A stretch of DNA of 64,000 nucleotides from a bacterium. GTDB taxonomy: Bacteria > UBA8248. Position 1 is the stretch's first letter. Each line of letters starts with the position of its first letter. The stretch is from positions 96,001 to 160,000 of the forward strand of contig OZ242260.1 in NCBI GenBank assembly GCA_965207065.1, in the 5' to 3' direction. The translations under genes and the position numbers were made by a program. This document shows positions 22,035 to 31,342 of the stretch, piece after piece. Below the pieces are notes generated by a model that searched no databases, was not told the DNA's origin, and saw only the letters and a list, made by a program, of their open reading frames with translations.

Positions 22035-22118
22035 GTTACGAAAAACAGGAGGCTCACTTTCCAGATTGACGAGGCCGAGATCGAAATCGCCGACCTGAAC
22101 CATGAAGACTATCACTGG
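22035..22118 (+). pseudogene. HigB (plasmid maintenance killer) toxin C-terminal remnant
   Basis: VTKNRRLTFQIDEAEIEIADLNHEDYH resembles the ...NWRLTF...DLNYEDYH terminus. Confidence 0.65.
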
Positions 22119-22127
22119 ATTGGGAGA

Positions 22128-22439
22128 ATGATGATGTGTGCAACCGGTGGTATACGAATGAAGAACCCGGCTCATACGGCGGCTTCGTAAAGAGCGAGAT
22201 CATCGAAGCGCTCGGCTTGTCGGTGACCGAAGCGGCAAGGGATTTGGGAGTCACTCGTCCGGCGCTCTCCGCACTACTCAACGAGCGCGTGGTTCTCTCG
22301 CCCTTTACGGCGCTCCGGATAGATAAGGCGTTCGGCGTCTCGATGGACACGCTGATGCGGATGCAGAAGAACGGCTGCGACATCGCCCGGGCGCGAAGGC
22401 GAAATCGACCTCGTCCCCTATAAAGGGCAGGTCGTTTGA
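22128..22439 (+). pseudogene. higA: HigA antitoxin, frameshifted
   Basis: IRMKNPAH followed by a frameshift into GGFVKSEIIEALGLSVTEAARDLGVTRPALSALLNER. Confidence 0.75.
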
Positions 22440-22551
22440 GGCGTATTGGAAGTTGGGTGAAAACGTTTCCAGAATTGCCGCCGTGCACCGACGCTCCTGC
22501 AATGCCTCTTGTTCACAGACCCAATATCTCGCCGGTAGAGCCGCCTTGCGA

Positions 22552-22764
22552 TCACGCGAGCATCAGGCGCTCGCCCTTGGGTTGCGGAACGGCGCGTCCC
22601 AGTTCCTTCGCCCGTTCAATCCAGAACTGCATGGCGTTCTTGATATTCCGCAACGCAGTTTCCTGATCGTCGCCGTGAGCCGTGCATCCGGGCAATTCGG
22701 GCGCCTCGGCGATGAATGCCTGATCTTCGTTGCTCCAATAGATGATGATCTCGTACTTGTGCAT
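22552..22764 (-). CDS. hicB: HicB family antitoxin (short form)
   Basis: YEIIIYWSNEDQAFIAEAPELPGCTAHGD..ETAL...W. Confidence 0.88.
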   Translation of the reverse strand: MHKYEIIIYWSNEDQAFIAEAPELPGCTAHGDDQETALRNIKNAMQFWIERAKELGRAVPQPKGERLMLA

Positions 22765-23018
22765 TAGTCGTCTCCACGCAGCTTATATTTCAGTACCAAC
22801 TGCCGAACCTGTCTCACCTGATAAGGTATCGCGTGTCCGCCACGGCTCTACAGGTTGATGATTTCCAGAATGCCTTCCTTGTCGAAGAGGTGATGGCTTC
22901 TTCGTATACGCTCCTCGAATCCCAGATACTCCATCAGGGTTCGCAGATCGGAGAATCGGATGTTCGCGTCCGACCTTCCACCGAGGATCGTCTGCAACAG
23001 TCGCTCGTGTCGGTTCAT
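22764..23018 (-). pseudogene. hicA: HicA family toxin with a single in-frame TAG
   Basis: MNRHERLLQTILGGRSDANIRFSDL...SHHLF...IINL*SRGGHAIPYQVRQVR; TAG at 22848-22850; TAATG-coupled to hicB. Confidence 0.8.
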
Positions 23019-23938
23019 TCGCTTTGTTCCTCAACTCGTCTGCATCACAGGCTTCGCGCGCTAACGGTGTCGCGCTGCTGGAGAATCTCCGTGAGGTTCG
23101 ACTCGGCGACGTCGACGGCGCTGTCGCGAAAGACGATGATGCGCTCACCGGCGGATCCGAGCGCATCAAGACAGGCAACGGGGCCGGACGCCAGCAATTT
23201 TGCATCATCTCGAAAATCGCCTCATCGAGGCAGGCGACAGTATCCGCCGTATGGGTTTCCGGATCGCTGAAACGATCGTTTCCCGTATACGCTTTATTCT
23301 CATAGTCTGGTCCGTGCCGGACTCCGGAAGAAGTACAGGTACTCCCATTCCAGATTTTTCCGGCTCGAAAGGAAATCTGTTCCTCCTCATCCTTCGATCA
23401 ACAATCGTAAAATAGCGAGGACATTGGTTCAATGATGAAAGCATATTCTGATTTTTTACACGATAAAAACGCAAGTCTTTTTCGCTCCATCGCTCAGGCC
23501 GGCGCCACGCCCGATAGCGCCGGCCAGGCATGCTCTCACGCAGTGAGGCGTGACGGTGGCGCCTGGATGGCGACGGATTACTGCAATCGAGGCAAAGAAT
23601 ACCGCAAATCGCCGATTTCTGCGCGGAAGCCATCTATGCCGCCATCGAGAGGGTCTTCACGAGCGCGCCCGGCGCCCCGCAGCAAAGAGCATGACCCGGA
23701 TGTGCCAAGACCTATAGAGCACCCGGAAATTCGTCGGTTAACTGGAGCGACGTGCAGACGCCTTCCTTGCTCACAATTCGGCAGTTTGAGCCAATGTCAC
23801 CCGAAACACCGGAAGTTAAAACTTATTCGAGTAAAGTACAGGATTTGTTATGGTGGACAAGACGATGATGAATACAACATCGGATTAGAGCGCGCCTGGC
23901 GCTTGAATGGATGTGCTCGCGTTGGAATCTTCTTCGAA

Positions 23939-24268
23939 TCAATCCTCTCGCGGCGCCCGCATCCAGCCTGCAATGTCCCGCGCTCCATGCAGGACGCGCC
24001 AGACGTCGATTTCGGTCTCCCCCTCGATGTAGAAGACAAGATACGGATACTTCCCTACGGTCCGGAAGCGCAGGCCGATGAGGTTGAGCTCATGCGCATA
24101 ACGGGGCGAACCCGCTTCCGGTCGCTCGCCGATATGGCGGATGGCATCTTCGAGCGCGTCGATGAAGCTCAATGCAACCGCTTCTCCCGACTCGGCTAGA
24201 TAATGCTCGACCGCCTCTTCCACATCGCGCCGCGCTCGCTCGCGAAGGACGACCTGTTTGTCGCTCAC
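23939..24268 (-). CDS. parE: ParE/RelE family toxin
   Basis: ARRDVEEAVEHY...GSPRYAHEL...YPYLVFY...VWRVLHGARDI. Confidence 0.88.
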   Translation of the reverse strand: MSDKQVVLRERARRDVEEAVEHYLAESGEAVALSFIDALEDAIRHIGERPEAGSPRYAHELNLIGLRFRTVGKYPYLVFYIEGETEIDVWRVLHGARDIAGWMRAPRED

Positions 24269-24504
24269 CGCGCAGGCGTTTTGCGAACCCGGCTGCGGAG
24301 CCGGTTGAAGTAGGCCGCATCGGCGGTGACTGCCGATGGAGTGGAGGCACCTTCGAGAAGCAGACCGCGCAGATGCTCGCGATCCCGGTCCTTGCGGATC
24401 AACTCCCGAACATACTCGCTCGAAGTGCTGTAGCCGTGTGCGCTGACTTGATCGTCAACGAAGGACTTCAGCGACTCTGGTAGTGATATGTTCATCGTAC
24501 TCAT
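24265..24504 (-). CDS. parD: ParD-like RHH antitoxin
   Basis: MSTMNISLPESLKSFVDDQV...YSTSSEYVRELIRKD. Confidence 0.88.
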   Translation of the reverse strand: MSTMNISLPESLKSFVDDQVSAHGYSTSSEYVRELIRKDRDREHLRGLLLEGASTPSAVTADAAYFNRLRSRVRKTPAR

Positions 24505-24741
24505 GCTCCAATACTGCCTGTATTGGCAAAATTTGTCAAGAATACACAGACATGTATGGGCCTCGGGCGCGACTGTAATCGCCGCCGTGGTCCGATACTC
24601 CTGCGGTCCCTAACGCAGATGCTTTCGATGGGATGGATTGGCCCTCCCATCGCCTGCTTCAATAAGGCATGTCGTTTTCAAAATTGTGGTCCACAGAAAA
24701 ATAAAAAGGCCGTTATCAAAAGAATTCGCCTCCCAAGAGCG

Positions 24742-25023
24742 TCAAGTCACCGGTTCAGGACCCTGGTGAGGAATTGCGTCAACGGGATTAGCGCTCTCAT
24801 CATCAACTCGTTCCCGTAAATCATCCACCGATTTACCCGGCAATTCGGGAACGACTTCGGAGAAGTGCCGAACAATTCGCTCGATCTCATCCTTTTTTCG
24901 ATCCCGTTCCATGTCTCGTATTATTGCCTGCGCTGCGAATATAGCAAAACACAACAGGTGGATTTCCACCTCGGTTCGCGGCCATTCCCGGCGCTTGATA
25001 GCCCCCATCGCGAGTTCGACCAC
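24742..25023 (-). CDS. Hypothetical protein (possibly a fragment)
   Basis: ORF with protein-like composition and no recognised motif. Confidence 0.3.
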   Translation of the reverse strand: MVELAMGAIKRREWPRTEVEIHLLCFAIFAAQAIIRDMERDRKKDEIERIVRHFSEVVPELPGKSVDDLRERVDDESANPVDAIPHQGPEPVT

Positions 25024-25783
25024 GAGCCTGTTGGGCGATTTTTCGCACCTTTCGGCTTCTATTACGAAGCACTTCCACTGCTTCGGCGTGACCCTGATGT
25101 TCTTTTGTATTGATTGGCCATCGGTTTTTGGCTTATCCTTTTGTGAAGTTTATCACGCTGATTGGTCTCCAATCGGGCTTAATAATTTCGCTGGCATCGG
25201 GCGCACTACGTTTGGAGCGCATACATCCCCAAAATGCCTCCTGAATTTCTTCCTGTCGAATCCTCGCGCCGGTATGAACCCCGCATGGCGGATTGTGTTT
25301 TCTGCCTCTCGCGAAAATCTCATTCTGAATACGGAATGAACGGGCGGCCATCATTACCACGCCCGAATGACGACACTCCCCAGTCTTCCGTCCACTCATG
25401 CCGTGACGGCGGCGACAGGCTGACGGCGCCATTCAATTCGAAAGAAGATACGGGCGCTTTGGGTATATGAACGGCTCTGCAAGATCGATTTTTTCTCGTA
25501 GACGGCAACAAAATCATCCGCATCTGATTAGCGGTGAAACCCGCTTCGTCGCGCCCACCTCTCCGACACAGGCGCGACAGGACGCGCAGAATTTGTAATG
25601 AATCCGCTATCTTTTTGATTACGGGCTTTAAAATGCAGATTTAACGCCATAATCAAAGAATTATAACTAGATAAATATCAACTAGATATAAGAATTCAAC
25701 GCTATTCCAAAAGAGTCCTCCATCTAAAAAGCCGGAAATTCGCTGAAAATCCCTTTTTCTATGTATTCAGGAGGACTCACTAA

Positions 25784-27526
25784 ATGATGTTCAGAGAGAA
25801 ATCGATAAGCAAGCTTTACGCTTTTGCCCTGGCGGCGGTGTTCGCGCTGACGCTGGCCGGCTGCGGCGGCGGCGGCGGAACGGCCGTGATGGAAGAAGAG
25901 ATGCCGATGCCGATGCCTGACCCGCAGGCGGATTGCATGGATGCCGGCGGCCGGTATAACGCGGACGGTTCCTGCACCTCCGCTGAGGACGTAGCCGAAG
26001 AAGGCGCCCTGAGCGACGCGCAGGACGCGGCCGCGGCGGCGGCAGCGGCTGCGATGATGGCCGTGGGCGGCGCGGTGGACCCCGTGGCGGCGCATAACGC
26101 GTACGGTTACGCGAAAATGGCAGCGGATGCCAACACGGCGGCGCAGGCGGCCACGACTTCCGCAGACGCCATGGGTCACCAGATGGCGGCCGAGACGGCC
26201 CAAGGCAAGGCGATGATGGCGGCTGGCATGCGCGGTCTGGGAATCACCAAGGAGGCGAACGCGATCACCAACCAGGCCGATATCGACAATGCCATTCTCG
26301 AGGGCCAGGATCCCGACGATCCCGATTCCAACGCGACAAGAGTGGGTACGGAGTTGGCCGCGACGGCTGCTGAAGAAGCCGCGCGGACTACAGTTGCAGA
26401 TAGTGGTCCTGGAAGCGTTTCTCAAGGCGCGCCGGCCACAAGTACAACGGTTACTTACGGCGCCAGTGGACCTACGTTCAAGGTAACCGGACCCGGAACC
26501 ACTTTGCAGCTGGGCGAATCTCCGGTAGGCGTGCTGACGACCCGCGGCGGCTGGAAGGGCAGGGAACTGGTGGAGAACGCCGCTTCCGACACTTACGTCA
26601 TGGCCTTCACGGACATCCAGGCGCCCACGATGAGGCAGAATTATGGAGATGCCACTACTGGTACAGAAGGCAATGAGGCCGAATTGGGAATAGGCCATAT
26701 CATCACCGGCGATATTCCGGGAGACGGCTCCACTTTCACGGGAACGCGTAACGTTTCCGCTACGGACAACATCCCGACACAGATGGGGCAGTTCAACTGC
26801 CCTGAAGCAGCCTCAGCAACCGGTTGTTCCATCAGCGTTGACGAAGACGGCGCAATCGTGTCGGTTCAGGGCTACGTGTGGCGGCCTCAGACATCCGGCA
26901 CGACCCCCGCGACCGACGCCGACTACCTGGCCTGGGGCGTCTGGCTGACGGTTCCGGACGGCACGGATGACTCGGACGTGGCCTTGGCAGGCGCATTCGC
27001 GAGCGGCAACGACGTGTTCACGGTCGATGCCGATCTCAAAGGCACGGCGACATATAACGGCGTAGCGAGCGGCCTGTATTCGGCGGCCGGCATGGTCGAA
27101 TACTTCGACGCGGACGTCACCCTGAATGCCAACTTCGGCGGAACCGTAGGTGCTGATTCCGATCCAGATACTGATGGCAACGACGGGGTGCTCATAGGCG
27201 CCGTCACCGGCACCGTCTCCAACATCAAGGCCGGCGGAATGGACATCGACGGTATGCTGACGCTGAAGAGAGCGCCCGTCATCGCTGGCGCACAGGACGG
27301 CGACAGCACGACCGGCTTCGGCGGCGACACCTCCGGTTCCCTGGCGGGCAGGGCAGTGTCGGGTGAATGGGGCGGCCAGTTCTACGGTCCCAACGACGCG
27401 AGCGGCAAGGGAGTCGAGACCGAATACCCCACGACCGCCGCGGGCACCTTCGGTGCGGCAGCGCCGGGTGTTGGCAGTGACATGGTCAGAATTCTGGGCG
27501 CCTTCGGCACGTGGAAGGCTGAGTAA
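25784..27526 (+). CDS. Surface lipoprotein family A copy 3 (A3), TbpB-like C-terminal barrel
   Basis: Signal peptide nearly identical to A1/A2; DYLAWGVWL, GTATYNGVASGLY, GEWGGQFYG, ILGAFG. Confidence 0.87.
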   Translation: MMFREKSISKLYAFALAAVFALTLAGCGGGGGTAVMEEEMPMPMPDPQADCMDAGGRYNADGSCTSAEDVAEEGALSDAQDAAAAAAAAAMMAVGGAVDPVAAHNAYGYAKMAADANTAAQAATTSADAMGHQMAAETAQGKAMMAAGMRGLGITKEANAITNQADIDNAILEGQDPDDPDSNATRVGTELAATAAEEAARTTVADSGPGSVSQGAPATSTTVTYGASGPTFKVTGPGTTLQLGESPVGVLTTRGGWKGRELVENAASDTYVMAFTDIQAPTMRQNYGDATTGTEGNEAELGIGHIITGDIPGDGSTFTGTRNVSATDNIPTQMGQFNCPEAASATGCSISVDEDGAIVSVQGYVWRPQTSGTTPATDADYLAWGVWLTVPDGTDDSDVALAGAFASGNDVFTVDADLKGTATYNGVASGLYSAAGMVEYFDADVTLNANFGGTVGADSDPDTDGNDGVLIGAVTGTVSNIKAGGMDIDGMLTLKRAPVIAGAQDGDSTTGFGGDTSGSLAGRAVSGEWGGQFYGPNDASGKGVETEYPTTAAGTFGAAAPGVGSDMVRILGAFGTWKAE

Positions 27527-27660
27527 CAGCGCACAACACCTTTGGCCTCGGGCTCTCTGAGCCCGGGGCCGGGGGTTCTCAAAGCAAACGATTCATTGGA
27601 CCTGGTTTCAACCGCCCGCCCTCTTCTTTCCCGGAAGGGGACGTAACCCTCAGGGGGCAA

Positions 27661-29310
27661 GTGATGAAAATGCTCAGATATTCAGGATTGGCGGTACTTG
27701 TCGTGTGCATTGCGGCATTTGCCTCCGGTTGCGGCGGTGGCGGTGGCGGCGGCGGTACTGCGGATGAAGAGATGACGCCGGTGATGGAATGCCCGCAGGG
27801 GCAGATAGGGACGTACCCGGACTGCATGGACCCGCCGCCGACTGATGAGGAAAGAATAGAAGCGGCGCAGGATAGGCTCGCCGGCATCGTGGCCGACGCC
27901 CGGACGCGAGTGGGGTCGGCGCAATCGGATGCGAACGCCGTGCAGGGCCACGCGGACGCCACGGAAGCGCAGAAGACGAACGCCGGCAATCTCGGCAACG
28001 CCGCGCGGGACGCCCTGACGGATATTTTAGGCGCGACAGCCGCGGCGAACGTGGCCACCACGGGGGCGCAGGCGGAAGCCGCGGTTTCGGACGCGCAGAC
28101 GGCGCTGAACGACCTGATAAGCGCGCAGCAATCGGTGGCGAACATCCTGAGCGCCGTGAATGCGATTGCGAACCTTCGCCAACAACAGGAACAGGACGAG
28201 CGCCTCGCGACGAACGGTTCCGGGCTTATCGAGCACGTGAGAGCCAACAAGATCGTCTATGACGCCATTCTGGCAGCCATGACGGCGGATGCTGCGGTCA
28301 ACATGACTGTTGGTGAGACTGGTAATACAGATAATATGGCTGAATACCCCAGGGATACCGGGACGGGCGCGGACAGAGTCGTTGGAGAGCGTGGAGTTAC
28401 CGTAAAAGCCCTTTCATCGAACAGCACGACGCCGAAACTCAGCGGAACGAGCCGCCTTCCTAACGGCTTCGACCTGAAAAACGATACCAACACCCTCTTC
28501 GTAAACGCCTACACGGACATTACGAAAACGAGGGCTGATGTAAGAATGAGAACGGATGTCCTGACAGACACTGATTTAAGTGATGGCGATGATAGGTATA
28601 CTACAGAAGATGTGGCCGACACAGACTATCTGGTGGCTGGAATCTGGCTCGAGAATAGGGCAATCCATGCATTCGCGTATGGGAGCCAACCGATTCCCAC
28701 TAGCAGTCAAAACTTCTGTACCGGTATTGAAAATGTAAATGACCCACAGGGTGGAACAGGTAATACCAGAAATTGCGGTGATACAGGAACTTTACACAAT
28801 ATCACCGATTTCGTCGCGGAAGACAAAGACATGACGGCCACCTACCGGGGGGATGCGAACGGCGCCTACCTCGCGGACGGCAATATGAGCTATTTCGAGG
28901 CGGACGTTACGCTTACCGCCGAGTTCCAGAATGCAGCCAATACGGGCTCTGGCAGTATCTCTGGCGCAGTCACGAACATCGTCGCCGCCGGAAAATCCAT
29001 CGCGGGGAGCGTCGAATTACAGGAACATTCCTTTACAGATGGTACTATCAATACCGCTTTCGGGGGTGATGCCGTCGGCGTGGTTGACGGCAAATCCTTC
29101 AGCGGAGATTGGGAAGGCCAGTTCTTCGGAATGAGAACCAGAAGGTCCACGAAAACGGAAACGATTATGGACAATGATCCAGAAAGAACGGTTACGACGA
29201 CGTACTCGGCCGAGGCGCCCGATGCAGTGGCGGGAACCTTTTACGCCACGCAGCAGAGCAACCCGGCGGGAAGCGCCGCCTTGATCGGGGCGTTCGGTGC
29301 GAAGAGGTAG
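27661..29310 (+). CDS. Surface lipoprotein family B copy 2 (B2)
   Basis: First about 55 aa nearly identical to B1; DYLVAGIWL, ATYRGDANGAY, GDWEGQFFG, LIGAFGA. Confidence 0.87.
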   Translation: MMKMLRYSGLAVLVVCIAAFASGCGGGGGGGGTADEEMTPVMECPQGQIGTYPDCMDPPPTDEERIEAAQDRLAGIVADARTRVGSAQSDANAVQGHADATEAQKTNAGNLGNAARDALTDILGATAAANVATTGAQAEAAVSDAQTALNDLISAQQSVANILSAVNAIANLRQQQEQDERLATNGSGLIEHVRANKIVYDAILAAMTADAAVNMTVGETGNTDNMAEYPRDTGTGADRVVGERGVTVKALSSNSTTPKLSGTSRLPNGFDLKNDTNTLFVNAYTDITKTRADVRMRTDVLTDTDLSDGDDRYTTEDVADTDYLVAGIWLENRAIHAFAYGSQPIPTSSQNFCTGIENVNDPQGGTGNTRNCGDTGTLHNITDFVAEDKDMTATYRGDANGAYLADGNMSYFEADVTLTAEFQNAANTGSGSISGAVTNIVAAGKSIAGSVELQEHSFTDGTINTAFGGDAVGVVDGKSFSGDWEGQFFGMRTRRSTKTETIMDNDPERTVTTTYSAEAPDAVAGTFYATQQSNPAGSAALIGAFGAKR

Positions 29311-29374
29311 AAGAGCATGACGCCTCACCCGGGGTTAAGCCCCGAGGCCTGAGGCGGTAAAAGGAGAGCGAAAA

Positions 29375-29477
29375 GGGGGTTGCCCGTTGGTTGCTTCCCT
29401 CGTGATAGAGCAAACTGTACCGGTCCTTGCTATGAGTTTGAGTCCTCGAGCCGGGAACGGGAACAATGGGCAACCCC
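29375..29477 (+). ncRNA. Putative structured RNA, copy downstream of B2
   Basis: Same fold with compensatory changes; same position relative to the B gene as copy 1. Confidence 0.7.
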
Positions 29478-29772
29478 TGCTCTTCTTATACGCCATTTCC
29501 GGCGTAGATGGCAAACGAGAAAAAGGGACTGCCCCCCTCTTCCGGCGATGCGGTAATTGAGAGGGAGGGCGGTCCCTTTTTTCGTGCGGGGATGTTTTGA
29601 GGGGGGGGTGGCGCGGCAAACACTTCCTCCTCGGGGTTGTTAAAAAAGGCCTTACGGATCACGCCAAACCATTCTCCCCATGCAGAGTCCCCCCAACAAC
29701 CACTCCCCCCTTGAGGGTTCTTGTCGTCTGACGAGAGAGGAAATCACTCCCCTTTGCAGAGCGCTCAACAAC

Positions 29773-29975
29773 CACTCCCCCCTTGAGGGGGTCGGGCTTC
29801 CCGAGGGGAAAGCCCGACAGAGGCCGAGCGGTTTGTGCGAAGGCCGATGTGGTGGGGGGTGAAATGCGTATTATCCCCACTCCGAGTTATACCCCCCACC
29901 GAATCGCTTTCGGGCTTACGCCCTCAGCTCTTCGTCGGCTTTCCCCTCGGGAAGCCGACCCTCAAGGGGGGAGTG
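29773..29975. repeat. Long inverted-repeat (REPIN/MITE-like) element
   Basis: CACTCCCCCCTTGAGGGGGTCGGGCTTCCCGAGGGGAAAGCC... mirrored by ...GGCTTTCCCCTCGGGAAGCCGACCCTCAAGGGGGGAGTG. Confidence 0.75.
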
Positions 29976-30129
29976 ATTGTTTTCTCTCTACTCGCTCGGA
30001 TTTGACCCCTATGTCAGGAACAGCAACCCCCCCTACCCCCCCTTGTCAGGGGGGTAAAAAGACCCTCTACCCGGCGGGGGCGCATCGCCTGGCAATGCCT
30101 CGCTCGCTCGCGGCAAACGCTTCCTCCTC

Positions 30130-30318
30130 GGGGTTGTTGAAAAAGGCCTCGTTGGAGGTGTGATGGTTTTGTAGGGGTCGCATATTATGCGACCCTCCCC
30201 GTTAGGGGCACGCGGGCCGCATATATGTAGCGCTCCCAAGAAGGGAGCGCTACCTACAAAAACCGTCCCTTCCCGGTCGAGTCGAATCCTCGTTCATAAG
30301 GACTTTTTCAACAGGCCC
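30130..30318. mobile_element. MITE-like element with IS1182-like ends enclosing GTAG-type REP palindromes
   Basis: Ends GGGGTTGTTGAAAAAGGCC and GGACTTTTTCAACAGGCCC; internal TTTTGTAGGGGTCGCATATTATGCGACCC...GTAGCGCTCCC/GGGAGCGCTAC-CTACAAAA; no target-site duplication seen. Confidence 0.55.
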
Positions 30319-30574
30319 GCATTGCTCGCGTCTGAGGGACGCGGAATTTTCGGGCCGGGAGATTGATTCGAAGACAGGAATTGCGTAGCATTCTCCCTGC
30401 CAAGCAAACCTTGCGGTCTGGAAATCCGGGCCGCCCGCTGAATACAATACGCGCTTCGTCTCCCGATGAAGCGCGGAACAGGCGGGAACCCACCCAAAGT
30501 GAGGTTTGTTTGGCGACCGGCCCGGTCGAGACCGGGTTCCGGCTTCCATCCATCCGGGAGGGGAGGCGCGTCCG

Positions 30575-31342
30575 GTGCTGCCGGCCTACGTCATCAACCT
30601 GGACCGCCGGCCGGACAGGCTGGCGTCCATCTCGGAAAACCTGGAACGGACAGGCGTCGCGTGGGAACGGGTGCGGGCGATAGACGGGATGGACCTGCGT
30701 GGAACGAAATGGCTCGACCGGGCGTCGCTGGCCTGCAGTCTCTCCCACCGCAAGGCGATGCGGATGCTGCTCGATTCGCCGCACCCCGCCGCCCTGATCC
30801 TGGAAGACGACGCGGAGGCCGGTGAGGATATTCCGAAGTTTCTGGAATCCGTCGACTGGTGGCCCCGGGACCACGGGCTCCTCAAGCTCGACAGCCCCGC
30901 GGGTCCCTGGCTGCTCGGCCCCTGGTGCGGCGGCGCGCCGACGGGCCGCGCCCTCCATGAAATCCCCTACTGGGGCATCCTGGCCACCGGGTACCTCATC
31001 CACCGGGACGCCGCCGAAGCCGTGCTGGCGTCGCCTGACTGCGCGTTCTTCCCGATAGACGCCGTCCTGTTCCATCTCGGGTGGTCGAGGACGGCCCGGA
31101 GGCTGCGCCCGCTGTGGGTCGTTCCGGCGGTGGTCCGGCCACGCCGGGCGCTGGGGTCGGACATCGAGCGCCACCGGAAAGGCGTGCGCCTGAAAAAGGA
31201 ACGAAGGGCGGCGAAATTCCTGTTCGAGGTGAAAGTCACCCTGCGCCGGCTGGCCGGCGGCGTGCGGCGTCAGGAAATACCCTACCGCGCCCGGATGCCG
31301 GGTGGAGGGGACATCCGGCCGGATACCCGCGGCGTATCCTGA
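30575..31342 (+). CDS. Glycosyltransferase family 25
   Basis: AYVINLDRRPDRL, RVRAIDG, ACSLSH, ALILEDDA, GYLI...A, PID. Confidence 0.88.
   Translation: MLPAYVINLDRRPDRLASISENLERTGVAWERVRAIDGMDLRGTKWLDRASLACSLSHRKAMRMLLDSPHPAALILEDDAEAGEDIPKFLESVDWWPRDHGLLKLDSPAGPWLLGPWCGGAPTGRALHEIPYWGILATGYLIHRDAAEAVLASPDCAFFPIDAVLFHLGWSRTARRLRPLWVVPAVVRPRRALGSDIERHRKGVRLKKERRAAKFLFEVKVTLRRLAGGVRRQEIPYRARMPGGGDIRPDTRGVS

Noticed and set aside
22848-22850. Pyrrolysine or amber read-through in hicA
   Set aside because: No pyl genes here, and a single C-to-T change explains the stop
5892-24504. Integron cassette array of TA genes
   Set aside because: No integron integrase or convincing attC sites, and gene orientations are mixed
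12391-29310. Diversity-generating retroelement acting on the lipoproteins
   Set aside because: No reverse transcriptase and no template/variable repeat pair differing only at adenines was visible
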